A stretch of 37,671 nt of DNA from a virus (Duplodnaviria > Caudoviricetes), in IMG/VR virus record IMGVR_UViG_3300019762_000017, positions 1 to 37,671 of that record. The stretch is one strand, 5' to 3'. The notes below the pieces were generated by a model. That model was not told where the DNA came from. It did no database searches and worked only from the letters and a program-made list of their open reading frames with translations. Position numbers and translations under genes: made by a program. Shown one piece after another: positions 8,611 to 17,656 of the stretch; within the stretch, counting starts at the first letter, position 1, and each line of letters opens with the position of its first letter.

Positions 8611-8791
8611 GTATGGTGTTAGCCCAATGAAAGACTTTTTACCCTACATCATGGCTTTTTTTGGGTGGTTAGGCTCATTGAACTGGCTGTTGATAGCATC
8701 CGTTGCTGTCGCCGCATTTCGAGCTTACACTGCTTACAAAGAGTACAAACTAAAAGAGAGGGAATTAGATGCCAAAAACGCGACCGATTAA
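8603..8791 (+). CDS. Small holin-like membrane protein
   Basis: One or two TM helices, charged C-terminus, two possible Met starts. Confidence 0.5.
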   Translation: MDKYGVSPMKDFLPYIMAFFGWLGSLNWLLIASVAVAAFRAYTAYKEYKLKERELDAKNATD

Positions 8792-8885
8792 GCCGCTCAC
8801 CCCGACAGCTAAAGATGAACCGCGGCGACCGGACTTAACAGTTACGGAGGCGTTGAAGTTTATTCACGCTAAGAAGAAATCATGA
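8769..8885 (+). CDS. Small hypothetical protein (38 aa)
   Basis: Read by hand, MPKTRPIKPL...; ATGA coupling to a 29-aa TM peptide at 8882..8971. Confidence 0.4.
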   Translation: MPKTRPIKPLTPTAKDEPRRPDLTVTEALKFIHAKKKS

Positions 8886-8973
8886 AGAGATACGGCGATT
8901 TGATAATAGCTTATCTATTAACGATATCGCCAATTCTCGTTACATGTTTAATTATTTATAGAGAGCTTTAATT

Positions 8974-9246
8974 ATGGGCGTACCTACGTTATATCAATTA
9001 TCAGCCGATCAAGTTGAAGAAATCGCAGCGGCGGGAGCGTCAGGCTCAATGCACAATAATTCAACTGATACTAGCATATATATCACTCAAGCACTTTCAG
9101 CCCCCACGGCGGTAGACATCAAAAAGGGGCCGAGGCACGAGCTAACACCAAAAAGCGATCGATACTATGAGTCAGTAGGCGGTCTTTATAAGTTTTACGC
9201 GCTATCTGTAGTTGATTGCGATTTGTCGGTCTTTCCAAAGGACTAG
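8974..9246 (+). CDS. Small beta-rich protein, possibly virion-associated
   Basis: ORF track; in frame with the downstream SGNH gene. Confidence 0.6.
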   Translation: MGVPTLYQLSADQVEEIAAAGASGSMHNNSTDTSIYITQALSAPTAVDIKKGPRHELTPKSDRYYESVGGLYKFYALSVVDCDLSVFPKD

Positions 9247-9249
9247 CTT

Positions 9250-10572
9250 ATGTTTGTTAAGAATCGCTACAAATGGTTCGCAACTAGATCGGCTGCGATC
9301 CCGCAATACGACACGATTGTAGGAGTTGGCGCGTCAATAACTAATGGCGTGTTTCAGTTAACAGATCAATTTAAAATTCCATTTCGCGGGACTAAATTTA
9401 AATCAGTCGCGGTTCCCGGCGCTAGCCTCGCTGATATTATTGCGCAGATTGATGACATAACAGCTCTGGCGGAGGGACTGACTCTTTATGCAATGCATGC
9501 TGGCGGCAATAACTGCACATTTTTGCTCGCAGATGGTGGACCCGGAGGAACAGTAGGCGCATGGGGACCAGACACAACACAGGGCGAGAAAGATAGCGTT
9601 GAAGCTGAGTATCGACAGCTTGTATCTCTATTAGAGCCAACGGGTGACGTCGCGATTGGGTCACTAACATTTAGAGATTATCAGGATAGCGTTACAAATG
9701 CTCCCGATCCTGACGCAATCGGCTCAGGCTCAATGAATGACGGATTGCTTGCTCCGCTTTGCCAAGAATTAACTCCGAGGTTTTTCAGTGGTGGGCGTCC
9801 TGTGCTTGATTTCTACTCTTTCGGTAGAGCTGACCCATCCATTTTAGATGCTGACAATGTTCACATGTACACTGATTATCTTTATGACCCAGTCAATGTA
9901 AATGTGGCTAGAGGGCCGGGCACCTCAACAATGCGACTATATTTGATCAAGCAACTTGAAAGTCTCGGAGCTATCTACCCGACTCCGTTTGATAATTCCG
10001 TATACAAAAATAGAATTGCTATCAATGTCGGTGCTGCTGATGCGCTTGACGCAAAGCCAAGCTTGCAAACATGGGGTAACAATCTAACTGTAACATCAAG
10101 CATGGATAGTACGTTTTCCTTATTGTCTCACGCAAATCCAACAAGTCCCGGCGCTCAATCAGTGCGCATAGTCTCGGGGCCGCTATTTGCTAGAACAAAC
10201 TTAGACACTTCAGCTATAGAATGGGACGAGGGAATACAAGATCCAAATCTTCTATCTAACAGTGTCGGCTCAAATAACTTAATCTCATTCACGCTCAGCG
10301 ATGTAGCTAGAAGTGGCAGGGTTTATGTCGCGGGCTTACACACAGTCGGATCTATAAATACAGGGCGACGCGCAGAGATAACAGTAATAGACAAGAATGG
10401 CTCTCACGTTAGCGAAATTGAAAACACGAGCATTGATATTACTGTAGCTGATTATGTCACAAGTCAAGATTACGAGCTTAACGCTGGACAAGATTTGATA
10501 ATTGAAGTTAGAAATGCACCGGGCGCAGCCTATGGTTATGTCGGCGGTGTTGTTATAGATGAGAATAAGTAG
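9250..10572 (+). CDS. SGNH/GDSL hydrolase-domain protein with C-terminal beta-sandwich
   Basis: Block I VGVGASIT, II AVPGAS, III HAGGNN, V DNVH. Confidence 0.7.
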   Translation: MFVKNRYKWFATRSAAIPQYDTIVGVGASITNGVFQLTDQFKIPFRGTKFKSVAVPGASLADIIAQIDDITALAEGLTLYAMHAGGNNCTFLLADGGPGGTVGAWGPDTTQGEKDSVEAEYRQLVSLLEPTGDVAIGSLTFRDYQDSVTNAPDPDAIGSGSMNDGLLAPLCQELTPRFFSGGRPVLDFYSFGRADPSILDADNVHMYTDYLYDPVNVNVARGPGTSTMRLYLIKQLESLGAIYPTPFDNSVYKNRIAINVGAADALDAKPSLQTWGNNLTVTSSMDSTFSLLSHANPTSPGAQSVRIVSGPLFARTNLDTSAIEWDEGIQDPNLLSNSVGSNNLISFTLSDVARSGRVYVAGLHTVGSINTGRRAEITVIDKNGSHVSEIENTSIDITVADYVTSQDYELNAGQDLIIEVRNAPGAAYGYVGGVVIDENK

Positions 10573-10585
10573 TCACGAGGTGCGT

Positions 10586-10867
10586 ATGGGTAAAACAGTA
10601 AAACAGACAGCCAGGGAGGTACGTCGAGAAGAATTAATAATATTTCTAAAGGAAAGGGGTAAGCTAAATTATGTGTTTGATATAATTACTAAACTGGAAG
10701 ATCCAACTTATGAAATGGATGCCCTTCAAATACAACGACTTAGAGCGGCCTTAGACACAAGAGTTAAGCTTCTAGGCAAGTACCTCCCAGATATGAAAGC
10801 AGTAGAGATGCAAGCCACTGTTGCAATATCAAGCGCAGATGATTGGGCCAAAGATGACAATACCTAA
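10586..10867 (+). CDS. Terminase small subunit
   Basis: GAGGTG RBS; KLLGKYLPDMKAVE motif; overlaps the large subunit. Confidence 0.75.
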   Translation: MGKTVKQTAREVRREELIIFLKERGKLNYVFDIITKLEDPTYEMDALQIQRLRAALDTRVKLLGKYLPDMKAVEMQATVAISSADDWAKDDNT

Positions 10868-12422
10868 TTTCGCAAGGGAGGCAAAAGAAAACTTCCCGTT
10901 ATTTTCAAGAAACTGCTTATTCATTCGAACTAAAGAGGCTGGCGTTCAGCCTTTTGTGCTCAACAAAGCACAGCGATACATCCACGATAAGCTAGAAGAG
11001 CAAAGACTTAAAACAGGAAAGGTCAGAGCTATACTTCTAAAAGGTCGTCAGCAGGGCGCAAGCACTTACGTTGAGGGGCGTTACATCTGGCGCACAACAA
11101 TGTCAAAAGGTGTAAGGGCGTTCATTCTTACTCATGATGCAGAGTCAACAAATGCATTGTTTGAAATGACCGTTCGTTACTATGACAACCTACCCATCAA
11201 AACCATTGGCGGTGAAACCCATAACTTCAAGCCAACCATCACAAAGTCTAACGCTAAAGAGCTTAGGTTCGACGCGTTAGATTCTGGCTACAAGATAGGA
11301 ACAGCAGGTAATAAGGGTGTTGGTCGCGGTACGACTCTTCAATACTTTCATGGGTCAGAGGTTGCATTCTGGCCGCACGCGGCTGAGCATACTAAAGGGA
11401 TACTTCAAGCCGTGCCCGACGCTAAGGACACCGAAGTTATACTTGAGTCCACAGCTAACGGCCTAGGTAATTACTTTCATCAGCAGTGGAAAGAGGCCGA
11501 GAGCGGTCAGTCAGAGTACCAGGCTATATTCGTTCCGTGGTTTTGGCAGGATGAATATGCCAAGTATGTGTCTGAAGAATTAAATTTTATACGCACCGCG
11601 GAAGAGAATGAACTTTGTTCTGAGTATGGAATCAATGACGAACAGTTATACTGGCGTAGGCTGAAGATTAAAGAACTATCCGCTGACGGCATGAATGGCG
11701 AGAAAGCATTCAAGCAAGAGTACCCAATGAACTCGGCCGAAGCATTTCAGACTTCTGGTGAGGATGGGCTTATTACTGCTGACGTTGTTCAAAAAGCCAG
11801 AAAAGCGAAAGTGAAGGCATCTGGACCATTCATTGTTGGGGTTGACCCATCTCGCGGCGGTGATAGATTTTCATGGACAAGAAGAGCTGGTCGCAAATCG
11901 TGGGGTACAGGCTCTCGTAAGTTTAACGATTACAAACTCGGTGACGGGGTTGCTCTATGTAAGGGGCTGCTGGATACGCCGGATGAGGAGATAGGTAAGA
12001 AGCCGGACTTCATGTTTGTTGATGCAGGTTACGGCGCTGACATAGTTGACAGGCTTCATGAGCTAGGCTACTACAATGTTAAAGCCGTATGGTTCGGCTC
12101 AACTCCACTTGACCCAATTCGCTATTTAAATAAGCGTGCGGAGATGTGGGGAGAGGCCAATAAGTGGCTTAGAGATGAGAACTTACAAGCTCAGGTATCT
12201 GACACTGATTCACTTCAAGCTGACTTGATAGCTAGTCCGTACAAGACGGATTCAAGCGATAGGATATGCTTGCAACCTAAAGATAAAATAAAAGAACTCT
12301 TTGGCTACTCTCCAGATGAGGGTGACAGCTTTGTGTTGACATTTGCGGAGCCAGTAGCAAGTGCAGTTAATCGGGCGTATACTAACCAATACGCAGACAC
12401 AGAATACGATATATTAGGATAG
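10854..12422 (+). CDS. Terminase large subunit
   Basis: LKGRQQGAST, HGSEVAFW, ILESTANG, VGVDPSRGGD, SPDEGD. Confidence 0.95.
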   Translation: MTIPNFAREAKENFPLFSRNCLFIRTKEAGVQPFVLNKAQRYIHDKLEEQRLKTGKVRAILLKGRQQGASTYVEGRYIWRTTMSKGVRAFILTHDAESTNALFEMTVRYYDNLPIKTIGGETHNFKPTITKSNAKELRFDALDSGYKIGTAGNKGVGRGTTLQYFHGSEVAFWPHAAEHTKGILQAVPDAKDTEVILESTANGLGNYFHQQWKEAESGQSEYQAIFVPWFWQDEYAKYVSEELNFIRTAEENELCSEYGINDEQLYWRRLKIKELSADGMNGEKAFKQEYPMNSAEAFQTSGEDGLITADVVQKARKAKVKASGPFIVGVDPSRGGDRFSWTRRAGRKSWGTGSRKFNDYKLGDGVALCKGLLDTPDEEIGKKPDFMFVDAGYGADIVDRLHELGYYNVKAVWFGSTPLDPIRYLNKRAEMWGEANKWLRDENLQAQVSDTDSLQADLIASPYKTDSSDRICLQPKDKIKELFGYSPDEGDSFVLTFAEPVASAVNRAYTNQYADTEYDILG

Positions 12423-12425
12423 GTT

Positions 12426-12683
12426 ATGAGCGGTGCAGTTAATACAATTAAAAAGTACGTGGTTAATCCGATCAAGAGTATTTTATCTCCTCCGGAGCCA
12501 TCAGTCGCCCCTTCTGTGGGTGATATCACTGAAACTACTAGCACTAAAATGGCAGAGACAGCTCAGGAGCAAGCTAAGCGCAAAGCTAGGAAGAAAAAGG
12601 AAACCACTCAAACAGTATTGACTTCACCGCTTGGCGCAACCAAAGACGCAAAGACAGCTATTACTAAGCTAGGGGGATCGTAG
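12426..12683 (+). CDS. Small virion-associated protein upstream of portal
   Basis: Position; TVLTSPLG...KLGG C-terminus typical of podovirus pre-portal proteins. Confidence 0.6.
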   Translation: MSGAVNTIKKYVVNPIKSILSPPEPSVAPSVGDITETTSTKMAETAQEQAKRKARKKKETTQTVLTSPLGATKDAKTAITKLGGS

Positions 12684-14305
12684 TGGATTACAAGATATTA
12701 TCATCAAGCCTGACTAAGTGGCGCGGCAACTGGGAAACGTTCTGGCAAGATGTGGCAGAGCGTTGCTTTACTGACCAAGCCGACTTTAACGTGACTCGCT
12801 CGCCCGGCACAAGACGCACGCAAAGAGTGTTTGATTCTACCGCAGCTATTGCTATTGACCGCTCAGCTTCAGCTATCATCGGTTTGATTACTCCGAAGTC
12901 TGAACGGTGGCACACTCTAACTACTGATGATGACGAGCTGAATAAATCACAGGTTGTTAAGCGTTACTTCGATGACGTAACAAAGATCCTGTTTGCTAAT
13001 CGCTATGCTGCTCGTTCTGGTTTCTCGATGTCTAACTTCCAAAGTGTTCGGTCGTTAATGGGGTTCGGCACTGGCGCTATGACTATCAATGAGTCGCCAA
13101 GCGGCAAGGGTACTATCTATCAGTCAATGTTCCTCGGCGACATCTATATTGGAGTAGATAACTTCGGTCGGGTTGACACTATGATGCGTGAGTTTGAGTT
13201 CACTAAGAATCAAGCTATTCAGCAGTGGGGAGAAGAAAACCTTCCGCTTAAAATTAGGCAAGACAAGGGTAATGGTAAATTTAAGTTTTGCCACATCGTC
13301 CACCCTAACGAAGATTACAATGAATTCTCTATCAGGGCAGAAGAAAGGCAATTTAAGTTTGTGTACTTATTCAAAGAAGATATGGAAGCGCCGCTTGAGT
13401 CGGGTGGTTATTATTCATTCCCTTACGCCATTTGCCGTGAAGTAACATCACCCAATGAAATCTATGGCCGTAGCCCTGCAATGCAAATCTTGCCAGAGAT
13501 TAAAGGCCTCAATAAGATGCGACAAACTAACATCATGGCGGGGCAGATGGCTGTTACACCTCCTCTACTTGCGCCAACAAGCGCTAATGGTGTTGGTACG
13601 CTAGGTGCTGGGCCTATGGCAATTAACTTCAAGCCTGGCGGCGTCACTCATGGTGGTGTCAATGCTCAGGGTAATCAAATGGTATTGCCCATGAATACGG
13701 GGGCTCGTCCTGACATCGGCCAGCAAATGATTGAAGAATCACGCCGAATCATTAATGACTCATTCTATTTGAATCTATTCCAGATACTCGTTGAGACTCC
13801 AACCATGACGGCTACTGAAGTATTAGCGAGAACGCAAGAGAAAGGCATTTTACTTGCCCCAACTGCTGATAGATTGGAGGCTGAATACTTAGGTCCAATG
13901 ATTGAGCGTGAATTAGATATCCTATCAAGGCAGCGTTTACTGCCTGAGCTGCCGGGAGAATTACTTGAGGCTGGCGGCGATTACTCCGTTAAATATGAGT
14001 CTCCAATCACACGCGCCCAGCGTGCATCTCAATCGATGGGCATGCAAGAGACGTTTAATATGGCAATGAATGCGGCAAGTGTAGATCCGTCTATACTTGA
14101 TACGATTAATTTAGATGAAATGATTAAGCAGACAGCAGACAACAACGGCACTCCTGCTAGTGTTGTTCGCAGTCAGACGGAGATTGATGAGTTAAGACAG
14201 CAGCGTCAAGCTCAAGAGCAGCAGCAAAATATAGTCGAGCAAGCACCAGCTATGGCGAATGCAGCCAAGAGCATTGCCGAAGCTCAAGCAATTAGTTCGA
14301 TATAA
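12683..14305 (+). CDS. Portal (head-tail connector) protein
   Basis: FDSTA, EIYGRSPAM, MTATEV, YESPI motifs of T7/BPP-1-type portals. Confidence 0.95.
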   Translation: MDYKILSSSLTKWRGNWETFWQDVAERCFTDQADFNVTRSPGTRRTQRVFDSTAAIAIDRSASAIIGLITPKSERWHTLTTDDDELNKSQVVKRYFDDVTKILFANRYAARSGFSMSNFQSVRSLMGFGTGAMTINESPSGKGTIYQSMFLGDIYIGVDNFGRVDTMMREFEFTKNQAIQQWGEENLPLKIRQDKGNGKFKFCHIVHPNEDYNEFSIRAEERQFKFVYLFKEDMEAPLESGGYYSFPYAICREVTSPNEIYGRSPAMQILPEIKGLNKMRQTNIMAGQMAVTPPLLAPTSANGVGTLGAGPMAINFKPGGVTHGGVNAQGNQMVLPMNTGARPDIGQQMIEESRRIINDSFYLNLFQILVETPTMTATEVLARTQEKGILLAPTADRLEAEYLGPMIERELDILSRQRLLPELPGELLEAGGDYSVKYESPITRAQRASQSMGMQETFNMAMNAASVDPSILDTINLDEMIKQTADNNGTPASVVRSQTEIDELRQQRQAQEQQQNIVEQAPAMANAAKSIAEAQAISSI

Positions 14306-14314
14306 GGGAATATT

Positions 14315-15139
14315 ATGAGGTTGAACGAGGTTCGTAAATCTGGGTTACCAGTTATAGACATTGCCACGCCGATAGAGGTGTCGAACAGAGGGGATGAGGG
14401 TGTATCAGTATTCGCACAAGATCTTACGACGCCAGCTCTTAGCGTGCCGTTTCTCGAAGAAAGAAACACTAGCACCTTGGCGTCTGACGCATTAATTGAC
14501 GATAGAGTTATTAATCTATCCCCCGGTCACGGCGCTGTGGCCGGTGATATAGTGGAGCTTACGCTGGACGGCACATCAACATTTATGCAGACTAAAGTCA
14601 TATCTGTTAATGTCGATGCTGTGACAATAGATCAGCCGATCAATACTAACTACACTCCAGTTAACTCATCTATTCTTATTTCGTCAGACAGTCTACAAGT
14701 AGACGGCTCTATATCTCCACGAGTGTTTAGTGTCTTACCTCTCCCCGGACAGTCTATCGATGTGACGAGAATGATTATAGAAATCACCGGCTCATCAGCT
14801 ATGGACTTCGAAAAAATAGGATCAGACCCAGCGGTGATTAACGGGATTGTTTTAAGATTGAAGAAAGAGGACGGCACATTCACCAATTTATTCAATTTCA
14901 AAAGCAACGGCGATTTTATAAGACAAGCGTTTGATTACGAGTTTCAAGTGAATAATGCAAACAACGTCCGAGCGTTCACGTCACGACTGACATGGGCTGG
15001 GCAATCAAAGCACGGTGTAGTGCTCAGGCTTGACGGCGATCTGGGAGAGGAATTGCAGGTAGTTGTGCAGGACGATTTGACTGGCGGTGATAACTTGTCA
15101 TTCATACTGCAAGCTCAGGGGCATGAAGTTCAAAAGTAG
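14315..15139 (+). CDS. Beta-rich hypothetical protein inserted in the head operon
   Basis: 274-aa ORF with RBS, alternating hydrophobic pattern. Confidence 0.65.
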   Translation: MRLNEVRKSGLPVIDIATPIEVSNRGDEGVSVFAQDLTTPALSVPFLEERNTSTLASDALIDDRVINLSPGHGAVAGDIVELTLDGTSTFMQTKVISVNVDAVTIDQPINTNYTPVNSSILISSDSLQVDGSISPRVFSVLPLPGQSIDVTRMIIEITGSSAMDFEKIGSDPAVINGIVLRLKKEDGTFTNLFNFKSNGDFIRQAFDYEFQVNNANNVRAFTSRLTWAGQSKHGVVLRLDGDLGEELQVVVQDDLTGGDNLSFILQAQGHEVQK

Positions 15140-15142
15140 GTG

Positions 15143-15254
15143 TGATATACTCTCCATACCTTGTGACAGGGGTGTAGATAGAACTTATACATGAGACCAT
15201 TACTCTTCCTCCCACCTATCGGGACTGTCACGGGAGATAGTGGTCTTTTTTATT
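15143..15254 (+). promoter_or_regulatory. Promoter plus structured leader/attenuator
   Basis: TGATATACT extended -10; hairpin with GTGACAG loop; terminator AGACCATTA...TAGTGGTCT-T tract enclosing CTGTCAC. Confidence 0.6.
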
Positions 15255-15264
15255 GGTGAATAAC

Positions 15265-15354
15265 ATGAAGAAAAATAAACAACCACCTCAACCACCACGC
15301 AGAAAGAAGCTAGTTATCGCTGTAATAGCTGCGATTAAGGCGGGTCGAAAGTGA
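15265..15354 (+). CDS. 29-aa basic peptide, possible gene remnant
   Basis: GGTG RBS; MKKNKQPPQPPRRKKLVIAVIAAIKAGRK; GTGA overlap with next gene. Confidence 0.4.
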   Translation: MKKNKQPPQPPRRKKLVIAVIAAIKAGRK

Positions 15355-15647
15355 GGATGATAGAAAAGCTTAACTGGAAAATGCTAGCCTCTCGCATCAA
15401 TGGAGCTTACCGTCGATTGCTGAAGGATGACGACCATAAGTTAATAGTCCGTGACATCGTTGGGTTTGCTAAGCTAGGATTGTACGATGCTCATGTTGAA
15501 TATACACCAGAGCAGCTAATCGAATTACGAGGCCGTCAGCAGATGGCGCTTCACATACTGCGTCACCTAGATATTGATGCAGTAACACAGATTGAACATC
15601 AAAACGATGCTCAAGCACAAGGCACTTACTTAAACGAGGAACAATAA
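15351..15647 (+). CDS. Bbp19-like protein
   Basis: YRRLL....KLIVRDI...RGRQQMALHI pattern; between portal and scaffold. Confidence 0.6.
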   Translation: MRMIEKLNWKMLASRINGAYRRLLKDDDHKLIVRDIVGFAKLGLYDAHVEYTPEQLIELRGRQQMALHILRHLDIDAVTQIEHQNDAQAQGTYLNEEQ

Positions 15648-15648
15648 C

Positions 15649-16554
15649 ATGTCAGAAGTTGCCCCAGAATCAGCAGCAGGCGATACCACTTTACTAGGTG
15701 GTTTTTCACCTGAGCAGAGTGCCGCACCAGCAGCAGAAGAAGGACACGCACCAGCACAAGAGGCGCCTAAAGGTGATTCATGGTTTAGTGCGTATTCAGA
15801 AGATACTCAATCATTAATCACAAATCGAGGTTACGACAAGTTAGATCAAAATGAAGCTTTCGAAGCATTAGCGGGTGGTTACAAAAACCTACACTCAAAG
15901 ATGGGCGGCAATCACGATGAGCTATTTAAAATCACTGCCGATATGTCACCGGAAGATCGATCAAGCGTTTACAATGCGTTGGGTCGTCCGGAGACGGTGG
16001 AGGGTTACAGTTACCAATCGCAGGAAGGCGATTCACCAGAATTAGTTGATCACTTCAAGTCAGTAGCTCACGAGCTTGGTTTGACAGAGAATCAAGTTAG
16101 CAAAATGATCCCAATGCTTAACGAGAAGATTGTTGCTATTGGTGGGGATCATACCGCTCAGATTAACGCGCAAAACAATGAAGGCCTTGAAGCGTTACAA
16201 AAAGAGTGGGCAGGATCATGGGACACTAAGTTAAATATTGCAACTCGCGCAGCTGAACACTTCGGTATTACTGATGATATGCAAACCGCTATCGTTCAAA
16301 GCGGTCAGAGCGCTGGATTTATCAAGGCGCTAAACAGTATTGGCTCACTAATGGCTGAAGGTCAGATGATTGGGATGTCAGCATCAGACCAAAAAGCTAG
16401 CATTGGCGCAATGAGTAAGCAAGAAGCTCAAGCTGAAATTAGTAATCGACAGGGCGATCCAGAATTCCGCGCTCGCATGTCCTCAACAGATCGTAAGGTA
16501 TCAGAGGCAGCAGCTAAGGAGATGGAGAAATATTACAAGGTGTTGGCAAGTTAG
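15649..16554 (+). CDS. Capsid scaffolding/assembly protein
   Basis: Acidic; LGRPETVEGY and LQKEWAG motifs; directly upstream of capsid. Confidence 0.8.
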   Translation: MSEVAPESAAGDTTLLGGFSPEQSAAPAAEEGHAPAQEAPKGDSWFSAYSEDTQSLITNRGYDKLDQNEAFEALAGGYKNLHSKMGGNHDELFKITADMSPEDRSSVYNALGRPETVEGYSYQSQEGDSPELVDHFKSVAHELGLTENQVSKMIPMLNEKIVAIGGDHTAQINAQNNEGLEALQKEWAGSWDTKLNIATRAAEHFGITDDMQTAIVQSGQSAGFIKALNSIGSLMAEGQMIGMSASDQKASIGAMSKQEAQAEISNRQGDPEFRARMSSTDRKVSEAAAKEMEKYYKVLAS

Positions 16555-16565
16555 TCAGTTAGTAG

Positions 16566-16727
16566 TAAACTGTAACTAGCAAATTCAAAGAGACACGCAC
16601 CTTTCGCTGTAGAGATACAGCAGCCATTGACGGCAACATGCCCTCTTATTGGTGATTTGCTAAACGTCCCTCGCTAGAGATACGACGAATCACATTTAGT
16701 TAATCATTTTTTATTGAGGGCTTTATT
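16566..16727 (+). promoter_or_regulatory. Structured 5' leader of the capsid gene
   Basis: -10-like TAAACT; TAGCAAAT/ATTTGCTA stem; two TAGAGATA hairpins; GCCCTC complementary to SD GAGGGC. Confidence 0.6.
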
Positions 16728-17615
16728 ATGCCGTATACAGTACCAGAGCATCACGTATTACAATTCTCAGATCAAGTTGGTCTACTTTCCCAACAGACCG
16801 ATTCGGATTTCTTCTCAGCCGTAGATGTGCGAGACTTCTTTGGCGAAAACGCCGAAGTCATCAAGCAATACGGGACAACCGCATTTACCGACTTAACCGA
16901 TCCGCAGGGTGATACGGTCTTTGACTCTATCGATAAAACATCTCGATGGTGCTTCCCTGCTGATAAAAAGAACGTTCTTGCAACGACTCGTGAAGATGAA
17001 CTCCGTACAATCATCAACACAACCAACCCGCTAGTCATGGGGCAGGCGGCGGCGTTAGCTCGACTGTATGACTCAACGATTATGGCGGCAGCTATCGGTA
17101 ACAACAACGTTGGTAAGTATGACGCCCTTGTTTCTACCGCGCTACCTGCAAGCCAGATTATCAACTCTGTTGCAACTGGTATCGCATTCTCCCTAGCTTT
17201 CGTAAAAGCAGCTAAGAAGAAAATGGATCAAGATAACGTATCTAAGGCCGATCGCTTTATTGCGGTATCTCCAGACCAGATGTCACGACTAATGGATGAT
17301 CCAGAGGTTACAAGCTCTGACTACAACACGGTCAAGGCATTAGTTCAGGGTGAGATTAACACATACCTTGGCTTTACCTGGATTATGTCTACCTCCGTGC
17401 CTGTTACTGGCGATATTGAGTCAGCTGTTTGCTGGCAGCGTAGTGGCTTATGCCTTGGCTTGTGGGCGCGAGATGGTATGCGCGTATTCTCTCGTATTGA
17501 TGAGCGTAAAGATAAAAACTACTTAACTCAGGTTTACTCTAAAGTAGTCCTAGGTGCGACACGCACCGAAGAAGTTAAAGTAATTGAAATCCGCTCTGAT
17601 TCAACAGCAGCTTAA
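16728..17615 (+). CDS. Major capsid protein
   Basis: QFSDQVGLLSQQ, VTSSDYNTVKALVQGEINTYLGF, GATRTEEVKV; followed by terminator. Confidence 0.92.
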   Translation: MPYTVPEHHVLQFSDQVGLLSQQTDSDFFSAVDVRDFFGENAEVIKQYGTTAFTDLTDPQGDTVFDSIDKTSRWCFPADKKNVLATTREDELRTIINTTNPLVMGQAAALARLYDSTIMAAAIGNNNVGKYDALVSTALPASQIINSVATGIAFSLAFVKAAKKKMDQDNVSKADRFIAVSPDQMSRLMDDPEVTSSDYNTVKALVQGEINTYLGFTWIMSTSVPVTGDIESAVCWQRSGLCLGLWARDGMRVFSRIDERKDKNYLTQVYSKVVLGATRTEEVKVIEIRSDSTAA

Positions 17616-17622
17616 TTGTCGT

Positions 17623-17645
17623 GGGGAGTTCGCTCCCCTTTGTTT
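17623..17645 (+). terminator. Intrinsic terminator after capsid
   Basis: GGGGAG-TTCG-CTCCCC-TTTGTTT. Confidence 0.85.
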
Positions 17646-17656
17646 AAGGAGCTATC

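Noticed and set aside
16577-16690. tRNA gene
   Set aside because: Multi-stem, but no T-loop GTTCRA, D-loop or acceptor stem geometry
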